Below, in pieces: positions 1-14,237 of a stretch of DNA of 64,000 nucleotides. Below the pieces are notes generated by a model that was given only the letters and a program-made list of their open reading frames with translations, was not told the DNA's origin and searched no databases. Position 1 is the stretch's first letter. Each line of letters starts with the position of its first letter. The stretch is from NCBI GenBank assembly GCA_951406725.2, contig OX597838.1, forward strand, positions 33,294,001 to 33,358,000, given 5' to 3'. A program made the position numbers and the translations under genes. The DNA comes from Octopus vulgaris (lineage: Eukaryota).

Positions 1-43
<43 letters not shown>

Positions 44-46
<3 letters not shown>

Positions 47-540
47 CAGAGCTCAATGCAAAAAACAAGATAATAGGTATCAACACTTTAGCTGTCCCAG
101 TTATAAGTTACAGCTACAATATCCTTAACTGGACACGAAATGAACTGTCCAAAATAGATAGGAAAACAAGAAAAATACTGACAGGATCTAGGATGCATCA
201 CCCAAAATCTGACATAGAAAGACTATATATACAACGTATAGAAGGTGGTAGAGGCCTTATACAGCTGGAAAACTACTATAAAATAACCACCATAACTGCA
301 AAAATACCTACTTCAGAAGGAAGGAAAACTGATCCAGATAGCAGCAAAACACGAGCAAAACAAAAAACTGTTCTCAGTATTTAAGGAAGCTGACAAATAC
401 AAACAAGAAATCATACCACCTAATAAACACAAAGAAGAAGAAGAAGATGATGAAGAAATAACAAAAGCTATAAAACAAATGAAATCCAAACTAAAAATAG
501 AACAGCAACGAGCCATGATAAAACGATGGCAAGAAAAACC
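44..540 (+). mobile_element. R4/Dong-type non-LTR retrotransposon fragment (post-RT region)
   Basis: NAKNKIIGINTLAVPVISYS...DRKTRKILT...MHHPKSDIERLYIQRIEGGRGLIQLE; frameshifted; abuts an (AAT)n tract. Confidence 0.8.
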
Positions 541-689
541 AAGGTGCCACGCAGTGGGACTGAACCCGCAACAATGTGGTTGGTAAACAAGCTACTACCC
601 ACACAGCCACTCCTGCGCCTATATTGCTGTTATTTTTCTAATCATAATAATAATAATAATAGTAATAATAATAATAATAGATGATGATG

Positions 690-771
<82 letters not shown>

Positions 772-889
772 TAATAATAATGATAATAATAATGATACGA
801 AGAAGAAGAAGAAGAAGAAGAAGAAGAAGAAGAAAAAGAAGAAGAAGAAGAAGAAGAAGAAGAAGAAGAAGAAGAAGAAGAAGAAGAAG

Positions 890-921
<32 letters not shown>

Positions 922-1002
922 GAAGAATGTCTTAAGTCCTTGATGTGACTTGACAGATGACTAAAGCCTCTGCTACATTTTTACCTACACTGTGTTACGA
1001 AG

Positions 1003-1083
<81 letters not shown>

Positions 1084-1155
1084 TAATAATAATAATAATG
1101 ATAATAATAATAATAATGATAATAATAATAATGATAATGATAATAACAGCAATAT

Positions 1156-1500
1156 AGGCGCAGGAGTGGCTGTGTGGGTAGTAGCTTGTTTACCAACCAC
1201 ATGGTTGCGGGTTCAGTCCCACTGCGTGGCACCTTGGGCAAGTGTCTTCTGCTATAGCCCCGAGCCGACCAATGCCTTGTGAGTGGATTTGGTAGACGGA
1301 AACTGTGTTTGTCCCCCTAACATTGCTTGACAACCGATGCTGGTGTATTTACGTCCCCGTCACTTAGCGGTTCGGCAAAAGAGACCGATAGAATAAGTAC
1401 TGGGCTTACAAAGAATAAGTCCCGGGATCGATTTGCTCGACTAAAAGGTGGTGCTCCAGCATGGCCGCAGTCAAATGACTGAAACAAGTAAAAGAGTAAC
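1156..1500 (+). mobile_element. tRNA-head SINE family A
   Basis: Head with A/B-box-like ggttcagtcccac and tail ggtgctccagcatggccgcagtcaaatgactgaaacaagtaaaagag. About 20 copies or fragments occur in the window (others at about 541-621-, 10830-11050-, 19733-19875-, 22366-22508+, 30537-30630+, 47260-47328+, 52930-53035+, 53520-53895-). Confidence 0.85.
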
Positions 1501-1516
1501 AGAGAGAGAGAGAGAG

Positions 1517-1570
1517 CAACAACAACAAAAACAACAACACATTTTATTAATTTCTCCAAATCTGTTTATT
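1517..1570 (-). terminator. Polyadenylation signals of the chitin-binding gene
   Basis: AATAAA on the minus strand at 1570-1565 and 1548-1543, followed by a GU-rich tract (gtgttgttgtttttgttg), about 80-100 nt after the stop. Confidence 0.65.
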
Positions 1571-1650
1571 GGCTGATTTATATACAAATAGAGAAAGATA
1601 ACTCTCAAACAATATTAAGTGTCCATGTTTATAGTATTCATTGATTTCGA

Positions 1651-1802
1651 CTAATACCAGCTACCACCATAGTCGTGTCCACCAACGTCACCTGTTCCGT
1701 CTCCATTGTCGTATTGCTCATCTTCGTCTGTCTTCGTGCCACAAGGGGGGTAGACGTTCTCGGGCCAGTTACACAGCTGGTTCACTTCATCAAACACGGT
1801 TC
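1651..1802 (-). CDS. Chitin-binding protein, last coding exon (end of CBM14 #2 plus acidic tail)
   Basis: ctttccttcag acceptor (phase 1); encodes TVFDEVNQLCNWPENVYPPCGTKTDEDEQYDNGDGTGDVGGHDYGGSWY-stop (TAG at 1653-1651). The four exons total 516 nt = 171 aa plus stop. Confidence 0.92.
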
Positions 1803-1836
1803 CTGAAGGAAAGGTAAAATATATATATATAATATA

Positions 1837-2232
1837 CTAGCAGTATCGCCCGGCGTTGCTCGGGTTTGTAAGGGAAATAACTATAAAGCATTTTTAGAGA
1901 GTTATAGCCAAAAAAATAGCAAAAAAATGCATTAAAAATGGAAAAAAAATTATGGTAAATTTTTTTTTAAATCGTTGACTCATCGTAGACATTTTTAGAG
2001 AGTTACTTCCCTTATATAATAGCGAAAAAATGCATTAAAATGGAAAAAAATTATGGTAATTTTTTTTTTAATCGTAGACTCATCGTAGACGCGCGCTAAT
2101 ACCCAGAAGGGCTCGATATGAATCACGACTATAAGATACCCGGTTTTGGTTAAACTGCACCGCAAAATGTGGGAGTAGTTAGGAATCTAAATCGTAGGAG
2201 ACAGACACACAACCTTACTTTTATATATAAAA
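1837..2232 (-). mobile_element. Non-autonomous Helitron-like element, copy 1
   Basis: 3' hairpin cccgagcaacgccggg plus terminal CTAG on the minus strand; near-identical copies at 32327 and 46857. Confidence 0.7.
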
Positions 2233-2244
2233 ATATATTATCTC

Positions 2245-3255
2245 TGATTTTGGCACAAGGCCAGCAATTTCGAGGAAGGGGTTAAGTCGATTTTATTTTA
2301 TCGGCCCCCGAAAGAATGGAAAAGCAATAATCGACCGAATTTGAACTCAGAACGTGAGACGGATGAAATGACGCTAAGCATTTTGCCCGGCGTGCTAACG
2401 ATTCTTATTTCTTTACGACCCACAAGGGGCTACACACAGAGGGGACAAACAAGGACAGACAAACGGATTAAGTCGATTATATCGATCCCAGTGCGTAACT
2501 GGTACTTAATTTATCGACCGCGAAAGGATGAAAGGTAAAGTCGACCTCGGCGGAATTTGAACTCAGAACGTAACGGCAGACGAAATACCGCTAGACATTT
2601 CGCCCGGCGTGCTAACGATTCTGCCAGCTCGCCGAAGTATAAATGATTTATTTTTCAAATTTTGTCAGAAGGACAGCAATTTCGAGGAAGGGGTTAGGTC
2701 GATTAAATCGATCCCCGGTGTATAACTGGTACTTATTTTATCTACCCCCGAAAGAATGGGAAACCAAAAATTGACCTCAGCGGAATTTGAACTCTGAAAC
2801 TGAAGACGGACGAAATGCCGCTAAGCATTTTCCCTGGCGTGCTAACCATTCTGCCAGCTCACCTTTCTCGAAATTTTGGCACAAGACTAGCAATTTCTTG
2901 TAAGATCGACCCCAGCGATCAATTGGTACTCATTTTATTGACCCCGAAAGAATGAAAGACAAAATCAACTTCGGCGGAATTTGAACTTAGGACGTGAAGA
3001 CGGACGAAATGCCGCTAAGCATTTTCCCCGGCGAGCAAACCATTCTGCCAGCTCACCTTTCTCGAAATTTTGGCACAAGACTAGCAATTTCTGGTAAGAT
3101 CGACCCTAGTGATCAATTGGTACTTATTTTATTGACCCCCGAAAGAATGAAAGACAAAATCAACTTCGGCGGAATTTGAACTCAGGACGTGAAGACGGAC
3201 GAAATGCCGCTAAGCATTTTCCCCGGCGTGCTAACCATTCTGCCAGCTCGCCGCC
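2245..3255 (-). mobile_element. Tandem cluster of SINE family B copies
   Basis: About five repeated units of ggcgagctggcagaa...gagttcaaattccgccgaggtcgactttgcctttcatcctttcggggtcgata in reverse orientation. Confidence 0.8.
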
Positions 3256-3354
3256 CTCGATATTCAACCGATTTATTGCACGTAAAATTTTAACAGCAAA
3301 ACCTATGTTGGAACACCAAGGGCCATATGGACCCCGGTTGAAAACCACTGGTCT

Positions 3355-3680
3355 TATCATCATCATCATTGTTCGACCGTGGTCGAGACAATGGAATTTA
3401 CTATGTTACGCCAGACTTCCCGGTCCATCATGGCATTACGGAGGTCCTGTTGCTGGATGCCTGTATCCCTGGAGATTACATCAGGGTAGGAGAGTGTGTG
3501 CCCTCTGGTATTGCGAGTAGATGGCTTCCAGAGGAGAAGAGTAGAAATTACCTCGTTTTCAGCTCTACAACAATGTCCAGCAAACTGGACTCTTCTACCT
3601 TTCACAAGAGATGACACAGGTGGTAGTTTCCCATAAATTTGCATTTTGGTTGGCTGACGATTCCACGAGAGATTTTAACC
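3355..3680 (-). mobile_element. RTE-clade LINE 3' end
   Basis: IYGKLPPVSSLVKGRRVQFAGHCCRAENEVIS...DREVWRNIVNSIVSTTVEQ-stop followed by a (TGA)n tail; close match to 61700-62170. Confidence 0.8.
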
Positions 3681-3735
3681 CAAACCCCTGAAGTCATTTG
3701 AATGAGCAACAATCGTTTAAAGAAATCACACTCAC

Positions 3736-3896
3736 CCTCTCCACACTGCTGATGGCCGAGGAATTCACCGTCCACGCATGTATAGAAGAAGTTACACGGT
3801 ATTTCAGTGTTGTCGGAGTCTGGGTAGCGATGGGCCCCGTCTTTGCCCGTGGGACATTCTAATTGTAAACCGCACGGTGCGGGGACGTTGAAGACT
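3736..3896 (-). CDS. Chitin-binding protein, coding exon 3
   Basis: aatttccag acceptor (phase 2) and G|GTGAGT donor (phase 1); 161 nt encoding VFNVPAPCGLQLECPTGKDGAHRYPDSDNTEIPCNFFYTCVDGEFLGHQQCGE-G. Not in the supplied ORF track. Confidence 0.92.
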
Positions 3897-4100
3897 CTGG
3901 AAATTAAGTGAAATGAAATGAAATTAAATATTGTTTACGTTGTAAGAATTTCGAAAGTTCGAGAACGTGAACTAATTCTGTCCTGGAACTACATCTCGAA
4001 GCAGATAAAACTACAAATAATAGCACGGACAACTATCGATTTCTGTCTATCCAAAAAGGTTTTTTTAAACCCAATATTTGCACGCTATTATTTATAGCTT

Positions 4101-4289
<189 letters not shown>

Positions 4290-4351
4290 GTAATAATAAT
4301 AATAATAATAATAATAGTAATAGTAATAATAATAATAATGATGATGATGAC

Positions 4352-4416
<65 letters not shown>

Positions 4417-4932
4417 TGAGATACATACCGACACAAACAACAGCTCCCCTCCCCACACATGCGTGCGCACACTCAATGTGTCTCGTATTCTATTATAAGG
4501 ATATCTGTAGAAACTGGAAGATAATAGTCGTCCTCTTGGGAGTTGGGTTGGATTACATCAAGTACCACCGTTTCGGTTTTCAGTAAGACAATCGTGACAG
4601 GATGTTTGTTTATCGCAAACGATTGTTGGGCGGCTCAGTTCGTGTTCGCTTCACCACAAGGACGAATCTGAGAGAGTTTGTTTTTTTTGGGGGTTTTTTT
4701 TTTAATGTATTTTTCGTATTTAGCCGATTAGTGACGGACATTGACGTATTTTTCTCTGATACGTAAAAAAAACTAGGCTGACCTCCTCTTTCTCTCTCTC
4801 CCTCTCTCTTTTTCTCTCTCCCCTCTTCTCTTTCTCTCCTTCACACATACACATGCACATGCACCCATTGATAATAATAATAATGATGATGATGACAATG
4901 ATAATAATAATAATAATAATAATAATAGTAAT

Positions 4933-4971
<39 letters not shown>

Positions 4972-4993
4972 AATAATAATAATAATAATAATA

Positions 4994-6125
4994 AATGCCC
5001 TGATGCAGTACCAGGCAGTGGCTCTCATGGCTTCTGATCTTAACTGATTGGAAGTGTTATCATGTACATTGTTTTGTCTTGGTATGAAAGATGGGCTACA
5101 GCAAATATTCTGCTCAATACCACAGATTTGCTTGTCAGTTGTTTGACCTTAACCAGTTGAGCATGTCCCTTAGTGGCTGACGATATGTGCATTTCTGATC
5201 ACGAGCAGAAGTAGTGGGGGAGCATCATAGCCATGTGTTGAGAGGGATTCTTTGGGGTTTGAATAGTTCGCCTCTGGAAACATGGGTGGTTCTTTCAACA
5301 TCCTTAAACAACCCTTATTCAGAGACCGTTTGAGCGGGATGGGCTACTCAACCTGAAGAAAATTCTAACTGGGCCCCACCTGCAAGGTCATGTGCTGTTT
5401 ATCTTGATATGAGATCACCATGTCGCGCACATATGGTTGTGATGCATGTGCCTTGTGTACCTTTATCAGACGGGTAGTCATGATGGGTATATTGGGCTTC
5501 GTATATTTTACCCCAGTGTCACCTTGATGGCATGAACTGCTCTCTCACTCAATAATAATAATAATAAATGCCCTGATGCAGTACCAGAAAGTGGCTCTCA
5601 TGGCTTCTCATCTTAATTGATTGGAAGTGTTATCATGTACATTGTTTTGTCTTGGTATGAAAGATGGGCTACAGCAAATATTCTGCTCAATACCACAGAT
5701 TTGCTTGTCAGTTGTTTGACCTTAATCAGTTAAGCATGTCCCTTGGTGGCTGACGATATGTGCATCTCTGATCACGAGCAGAAGTAGTGGGGGAGCATCA
5801 TAGCCGTGTTTTGAAAGGAATTCTTAGAGGTTTGGATAATTCACCTCTGGAAACATGGGTGTTTCGTTCAACATCCTTAAACAAACCTTATTCAAGGACC
5901 TTTTGAACGGGATGGGCTACTCGACCAGAAGAAAATTCTAACTGGGCCCCACCTGCAAGGTCATGTGCTGTTTATCTTGATATGAGATCACCATGTCGCG
6001 CACATACGGTTGTGATGCATGTGCCTGGTGTACCTTTATCAGACGGGTAGTCATGATGGGTATACTGGGCTTCGTATATTTTACCCCAGTGTCACTTTGA
6101 TTGCCTGCACTGCTCTCTCACTCAA
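4994..6125. repeat. Two tandem copies of a ~555-bp element separated and flanked by (AAT)n
   Basis: 4994-5551 and 5567-6124 align end to end; partial copies at about 9268-9335 and 16640-16790. Probably part of an (AAT)n-associated LINE. Confidence 0.75.
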
Positions 6126-6140
6126 TAATAATAATAATAA

Positions 6141-6171
<31 letters not shown>

Positions 6172-6274
6172 AATAATTTTTTATAGGCCACAAGGGCCCG
6201 ACAAAAAATAAAAATAAAAATAATTTATATAAACATTCAGTGCTTTCGTAAGAAAAAAATCTTCGCTAAAAGTA

Positions 6275-6316
<42 letters not shown>

Positions 6317-6329
6317 GATTACAATGAAG

Positions 6330-7575
6330 TTGCCAATCAGCAGATGGAACTGATATGAGCTCCTGCAGTTGCAACAATTGGCTGATACGAAACTACAAAT
6401 AATGGATTCAGTCGCAGAGGACGGACGTAGAGACGCGAGTATCTGATGTGAAATAATAGTTCAGAGGTGGAAGATTGTTTTAGGTTCCAGTAAATATAGA
6501 ATTACAAAACTGCGCAGAATGAAAACATCGTTGATACTTGACAATTCTTGGAGCCACCACAGGAAGCACTGAGTGCCTGCCTCTTAATATTGGAGAGAAC
6601 CAAGACACACTATGACTCTCTTGAACAAGATCCAAAAGACCTGGCGCCAAATCAGTTTCCTTTTGGTCTACAGTGCCATAAATGAAGGGTCTCGAAATGA
6701 CCACACAACCTGCTAAAAATAGCAGCTAACCCCCTTTTAAAAAGTGAAAGACATTTTTAAAATGCAGTCCGAGAACCGCTCGAACGACTGGTCAGTCATA
6801 GTTGGAGTGTCTTTCATGTTATGTGTTTCGACCAATGTTGATCAAGGCAACATTGATCCTCCTGTTTCGGTGTTTATCGAAATGCGTTTTTTTTTTTTTT
6901 TTGTATTTTTTTATCCCTAAAAATTTTGTATTTTTTTATCCCTAAAATTTTGTATTTTTTTATCCCTAAAAATTGTCCTATCTTTTGCTCATCGTATAAT
7001 TCCGCAAATAATTCATCATCAACCATGATTTGGAAAAACATCATTCTGCTTACAGGCAGAATTATATGAATGTGAAGTTCTCGTAACACAGGTCATATAA
7101 TAAATTCCTATTGGAAATGCAAATGTTCAGATAACTCTACCGATCAGTTCAATATACGTCACATCATACAAGTCACAATCGAAGTCACATCCGATGTTTG
7201 TGACAATTCGCTTTGTGATACTGTCTTCAAAATATTTCAGTTCAGACGATGTATATATCTGCTTTGAATCTGTGACCAGCACCAACGAGTTCTGAGGATC
7301 AAAATGGAAAGGCTTTTCCTGATAATTCAGTTTTCTAACGAAAAAAAAAAAGACAGCGTTGGAATTCGGATTCAATTCAGTCCAAAACAAGAAATGAAGG
7401 TCACACGACAAGAAATGGCAAGTGGATCCACATTATTTGTTGTCCATCTTCTAATAATTCCATTGACCACCGTGTCCTCTATACTGTGGTTATTTGCTTC
7501 GCCGTTTTTGCTTCATCCAAACTAACTGGTCATCCTTAATAAGATCAGTGACCTGCTGTTTGATCTTATGCAACA
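6330..7575 (-). pseudogene. Degenerate BTB-BACK/Kelch-like gene fragment inside intron 2
   Basis: Frameshifted peptides KQQVTDLIKDDQL / EDTVVNGIIRRWTTNNVD / IRIPTLS follow the BACK-domain pattern; downstream RCFHSA and WNLNNLPPLN are kelch-like. Multiple stops. Confidence 0.4.
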
Positions 7576-8313
7576 TGTATTTGGCTTGTTGTTTGACCAT
7601 ATCCCACAAACATTTTAGCTGTTACTTGACCGTATCCCACATACCTTTGGCTTATTCGACGTATCCCACATACGGAATCGAAACCACACCCATACGATCA
7701 TGAGTCCAAAACCCTAACCACCAAGCCACGCGCCGGCACTAAATCGACGTATTATACAGTGTAAACATGTAATGCAAACACTCAAACATCTGCTCTATCT
7801 CCCCAAATCCTGAAGCATTTCACATGGAGTTTTTGGTCCTCCAAAGTCGTCTTGGAGTATAAGTCGACTTATCTGTTATTTTGCTGTAAATTTTGGTTTG
7901 AAGAATTCGATTTGTATCCCAGAAGATGTTACACATTCTTTCACACACACACATTCTCACAAACCTTTACATAATGTATTTTCCAACATACAAATCAATG
8001 TAGTATTTAGTGCAAACATGTAGCGTAGACATGTAAATATCATCATTTGCTTTCCAAATCCTGCAGCAATTCACATGGAATTTTTGGTCCGCACAAAGTT
8101 GTCTTCTTGTATAAGTCGACCTACCTTTTTTTTTTTTTTTTTTTGGATGTAGATTTCGGTCTGAAAATTTCGACAGCATATATACTTTTTCACATTTAAA
8201 AAAATGAAGATATGATTTAATTATCCTTGCTGTTTATCTCATTCAATGTTGTGACACACAAGTGTGCTGCGTATAGAAACCAATGAACGAAAGTATTGTG
8301 AGTCAATGAGAAA

Positions 8314-9052
<739 letters not shown>

Positions 9053-9339
9053 CCTTTCTACTGGAAACACACGGCTTCAAATTTCACCGGTACTTAATTT
9101 ATCGACCCCGAAAGGATGGAAGGGCAAAGTCGACCTCGGCGGAATTTGAACTCAGAACGTGGCGGCAGACGAAATACCGCTAAGCATTTCGCTCGGTGTG
9201 CTAACGATTCTGCCAGCTCGCCGCCTTAAAAATAATAATCTTAATGATAATAATAATAATAATAATAACCCTTATCAGACAGGTAGTCGTGATGGGTATA
9301 CTGGGCTTCGTATATTTTAAGTGTCACTTTGATAATCAC

Positions 9340-9469
<130 letters not shown>

Positions 9470-9485
9470 GGAATGGGAAACTTAC

Positions 9486-9654
9486 GGTAGACAAGTTTGT
9501 TGCTCTTGGTGAAACGCTTCTCCTTTTGGACAACTAATTAGTCGTTCGTGACCCCCTTCGCACACCTGGTAGGCACGGCACCCCCACCAGTAAACACCAT
9601 CACTTCTGAAACTGCAGTCTAACGGTGGGGGAGTCGGGTTACTGAAAACGCCAC
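9486..9654 (-). CDS. Chitin-binding protein, coding exon 2 (most of first CBM14 domain)
   Basis: ttttcag acceptor and CC|GTAAG donor; 169 nt encoding GVFSNPTPPPLDCSFRSDGVYWWGCRAYQVCEGGHERLISCPKGEAFHQEQQTCL-P with CBM14 Cys spacing. Confidence 0.92.
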
Positions 9655-9672
9655 CTGAAAAAGGCAACAATA

Positions 9673-9705
<33 letters not shown>

Positions 9706-9901
9706 TGGTGGTGGTGGTGGTGGTGGTTGTGGTGGTGGTGGTGGTGGTGGTGGTGGTGGTGGTGGTGGTGGTTGTTGGTGGTGGTTGTGGTTGGTGGTTG
9801 GTGGTTGTGGTGGTGGTGGTGGTGGTTGTGGTGGTGGTGGTTGTGGTGGTGGTAGTGGTGGTGGTGGTTGTTGTTGTTGTGGTGGTGGTGGGTGGTGGTT
9901 G

Positions 9902-9933
<32 letters not shown>

Positions 9934-10098
9934 GGTGGTGGTGGTGGTGATGGTGGTTGTGGTGGTGTTGGTGGTTGTGGTGGTGGTGGTGGTTGTGGTG
10001 GTGGTGGTGTGGTGGTGGTGGTGGTGGTGTGGTGGTGGTGGTTGTGGTGGTGGTGGTGGTGGTGGTGGTTGTTGTTGTTGTGGTGGTGGTGGTGGTGG

Positions 10099-10129
<31 letters not shown>

Positions 10130-10265
10130 GGTGGTGGTGGTGGTGGTGGTGGTGGTGGTGGTGGTGGTTGTGGTGGTGGTGGTGGTGGTAGTCGTCGTCG
10201 TCGTCGTAGTCGTGGTAGTGGTGGTAGTGATTGTGCTTGTGGTGGCTGTTATTGTTGTTGTTGTG
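9673..10265. repeat. (GGT/TGT)n microsatellite just upstream of the exon-2 acceptor
   Basis: Direct inspection. Confidence 0.95.
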
Positions 10266-10267
10266 GT

Positions 10268-10592
10268 GAAGGCACGTGGCTTAGTGGTCAGGGTATTCGG
10301 CTCACGAGCTTACGCTTGTCAGTTCGATTCCCGACGATGCGTTCTGTCCTTGAGCAAGACACTTTATTTTTCTCGTTGCTCCAGGCCACGCAGCTGGCAA
10401 AAATGAGTTGTACCTGTATTTCAAAGAGGCCGGCCTTGTCACATCTTGTTTCACGCAGAATCTCAATGAGAATTACGTTAAGGTTACACATGTCTGTGGA
10501 GTACTCAGCCACTTGCACATTAATTTCCCGAGCAGGCTGTTCCGTTGATCAGATTAACTGGAACCCTCGTCGTAGTAACCGACGGAGTACCA
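10268..10592 (+). mobile_element. tRNA-head SINE family D
   Basis: ggcacgtggcttagtggtcaggg...agttcgattccc head and ccttgagcaagacact core; related heads at 54214-54460(+) and 55545-55882(-). Confidence 0.7.
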
Positions 10593-11189
10593 GTTGTTTG
10601 TTGGTTGGTGGTGGTGATGCAAGTGGTTATGATTTTGGTGGTAGTTGTGGTGATGGTGATGCTGATGGTAGTGGTGGTATATTTATTCCTGTTGTTGTTG
10701 CTTTTGTTATTGTTGATGTAGAGATCATTGTTGTAAGTGACATCGTTTTCATCGTATTTGTAGTTATTGCTTTTGTAGTTATAGTAGTAGTAGTAGTTGT
10801 TTAACTCCAATGCACAAATCCATACTCTCTTTTCACTCTCTCTTTTACTCTCTTTTACTTGTTTCAGTCGTTTGACTGCGGCCATGCTGGAGCACCGCCT
10901 TTAGTCGAGCAAATCGACCCCGGGACTTATTCTTTGTAAGCCTAGCACTTATTCTATCGGTCTCTTTTTGCCGAACCGCTAAGTGACGGGGACATAAACA
11001 CACCAGCATCGGTTGTCAAGCAATGCTAGGGGGACAAACACAGACACACAAACACACATATGTTCAAAAATTTCATTCATGACCGTCCCATATACCGAAT
11101 ACAAAAAGGAGAATATTCTGTGTCTTTTTTAGAATAGCTTGCGATTGGTGATGGTGGTGGTGGAACAGGAAATTAGGTCACTGTAGTTG

Positions 11190-11510
11190 TGCTAAGAATA
11201 AAGTATGCCCCTTAAACTCTAGATGTTTGATGACGAACCTAATGTATAGATGTAAAATCACTTCTGAGGGAAGGGTGTACTTCTACATAGGGAGCAGATC
11301 GTTAAATTTCAAAAGATTAACAAAACATTTAAAGCCATTTAAGGATAGAAAATGAATAACACGAGACTAAGCAAACTAATCTGGTCTCTTAAAGACAGGA
11401 ACTATAGCTATACTACGGAATAGAAAATAATTAGTAGGCTAAACGGTATCGCTGAGGAGGTAATTGATGTGAGCTGTGTATAGAAGAAATGTACCAAATC
11501 TTTACACCGA
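11190..11510 (+). mobile_element. Penelope-like element GIY-YIG endonuclease remnant
   Basis: Frameshifted CPLNSRCLMTNLMYRCKITSEGRVYFYIGS...NNTRLSKLIWSLKDRN...CELCIEE, the typical PLE GIY-YIG C-terminus. Confidence 0.7.
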
Positions 11511-11727
11511 GACACAAATTACTTATTAGCAGGCTGGGACAGGCCTTAAGATGCTTGCATAAACATACCAAAACATTTTTAAAAATTCAACGAACGGTCT
11601 AGTTAACTCAATATCCCACCCACAGATGGGCGGGAAAGGAAGACTAGAAGCACATATCCTAAACTCTCAAATACATGGCTTTTTCCTAACCAGCCAAGTA
11701 TATATTCTGTCTACCTTCTACTACCCA

Positions 11728-11958
11728 AGGCGGCGAGCTAGCAGAATCATTAGCACGTCGGGCGAAATGCGTAGCGGTATTTCGTCTGTTGTTACGTTCC
11801 TAGTTCAAATTCCGCCGAGGTCAACTTTGCCTTTCATCCTTTCGGGGTCGATAAATTAAGTACCGGTTACGCACTGGGGTCTATGTAATCGACTTAATCC
11901 GTTTGTCTGTCCTTGTTTGTCCTCTCTGTGTTTAGCCCCTTGTGGGTAGTAAAGAAAT
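11728..11958 (+). mobile_element. SINE family B
   Basis: Full monomer; other single copies at about 9085-9227-, 14340-14490-, 14645-14805+, 16445-16615-, 33248-33465+, 48739-48856+, 58375-58601-, 63970-64000+. Confidence 0.8.
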
Positions 11959-12570
11959 ATATATATCACAGCCACGAAAATATATGAATAACAAAAGACA
12001 TTACATTACAAGGACTACACTTGAAAATAAGGTTATTAAGCACCCAACTACTACAATACACAGCGAAGCCTGTCAAAAAATTAACATTAACCTCGACCTA
12101 ATTAAATAGAATCTTAAACGAGGTCAACTACTCAAACTTACAAACAGATCAGATTTCATATTTAAAACAACCTCCCGTTCCTTCCCCCTGAACCCTAACC
12201 AACAAACAACTAACTGTATTCAGTTCGCTTCGAGACTAGCCAAATGGACAGACGCTGGATGACAGACGCTGCACAGAAAATTAAGCCCGGTTGTATCTGC
12301 AGCTGCCCATACTCTGTTCAGTGGAAACACGTGTAGGAGGTAATAACCGTAAAAATATGCTGTATGAAATTGTAAAATAAAAACGAAATAATTGGTTGCA
12401 TCTTTCGATTAAATGGAGTTGCTTGAAACGATCGTACTGCATTACCTCTAGATATCCTTATTGCTTATTTTGATTTTTATCACATTATTTTGAAATTATA
12501 TGGATAATACCGTATTAAGTTCTGGTGCGTCAACTTAAGTACCATATCCATCTGAATTAAAATTTTTACT

Positions 12571-12607
<37 letters not shown>

Positions 12608-12713
12608 GCCGAATTCTGAAGTGAGACTCTCGACTCCACGCCTTGTTACATAGGAAACGACCATCGTCTATGTATAAACCTCCGAGAATTCAGCGTGTAG
12701 GCAGTTTGATATG

Positions 12714-12782
<69 letters not shown>

Positions 12783-13104
12783 TCACATACACACACACAC
12801 ACACACACACATGTATATGTGTATATACATATGTTCATATGCATATATGCTCACATGCATATACATATACGTGTGTTGTCGCTAATTTTAGTCGAATTTT
12901 GCGATCCCATGCTGAAAAATCAATGCACGCTGTTTGGTGAGAAGGAACGGATCAAATATCAAATTGAAGTAAATCTCCCCCACGAAACAAAGAAGAAGAA
13001 GAAGAAGAAGAAGAAGAAGAAGAAGAAGAAGAAGAAGAAGAAGAAGAAGAAGAAGAAGAAGAAGAAGAAGAAGAAGGGGAAGAAGAAGAAACAAGGTAAA
13101 TAGA

Positions 13105-13166
<62 letters not shown>

Positions 13167-13174
13167 TAATAATG

Positions 13175-13209
<35 letters not shown>

Positions 13210-13285
13210 TATTATTATTATTATTATTATTATTATAACAATAACAATAATAATAATAATAACAACAACAACAACAACGACGACA

Positions 13286-13350
<65 letters not shown>

Positions 13351-13365
13351 AAGAAGAAGAAGAAG

Positions 13366-13397
<32 letters not shown>

Positions 13398-13785
13398 CAA
13401 CAACAACAACATGTCAAGTAAGAATAAATTTCAAAGAAAAATTATCAATAAAAAATATAATGCTACCCGACCGAATTCTACAAATGCCTCGCCCCCCCCC
13501 CCCACATAACAATAAATAAAGGTTAGCTCAATTTCTGATAATTTAATTTTTCAAATTTCAGTTTTTATTTGTTTATATTAATAGTTTATTATGTTTGTTT
13601 GATTGATGCTGTTGATATTTTTTTTATGTTTGTTTGTTTTTTGTTTGTGTTTTTTTTGTTTATTATTGTAATCAGGTTTTCCCCCCACCCGCTCATCGAC
13701 CCACTACTTTTTCCTTACAACATTCAATACCTAATAATGTATCAAGTTCTGATTCGACGGAGTATGAGGGATCACTGTCGTCACT

Positions 13786-13786
<1 letters not shown>

Positions 13787-13834
<48 letters not shown>

Positions 13835-13844
13835 ACAACAACAC

Positions 13845-13879
<35 letters not shown>

Positions 13880-13881
13880 CC

Positions 13882-13912
<31 letters not shown>

Positions 13913-14058
13913 TATCATTATCAACATTATTGTCACCGTCATCATCATCATCATCATTACCATCATCATCATCATCGTCATCATCACCATCATCATTACC
14001 ATCATCATCACCATCATCATCATCATCATTACCATCATCATCATCAACATCAACACCC

Positions 14059-14092
<34 letters not shown>

Positions 14093-14107
14093 CATTACCA
14101 TCATCAC

Positions 14108-14146
<39 letters not shown>

Positions 14147-14176
14147 CATCATCATCATCCTCATTACCATCATCAC

Positions 14177-14218
<42 letters not shown>

Positions 14219-14237
14219 TACCATCATCATCATCATC
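13787..14237. repeat. (CAT)n microsatellite
   Basis: Direct inspection; source of the poly-His/Ser/Asp/Met ORFs. Confidence 0.95.

Noticed and set aside
9674-10804. 376-aa Gly/Val/Cys-rich ORF on the plus strand
   Set aside because: Translation of a (GGT/TGT)n tract plus a SINE; non-ATG start; antisense to the real gene's intron.
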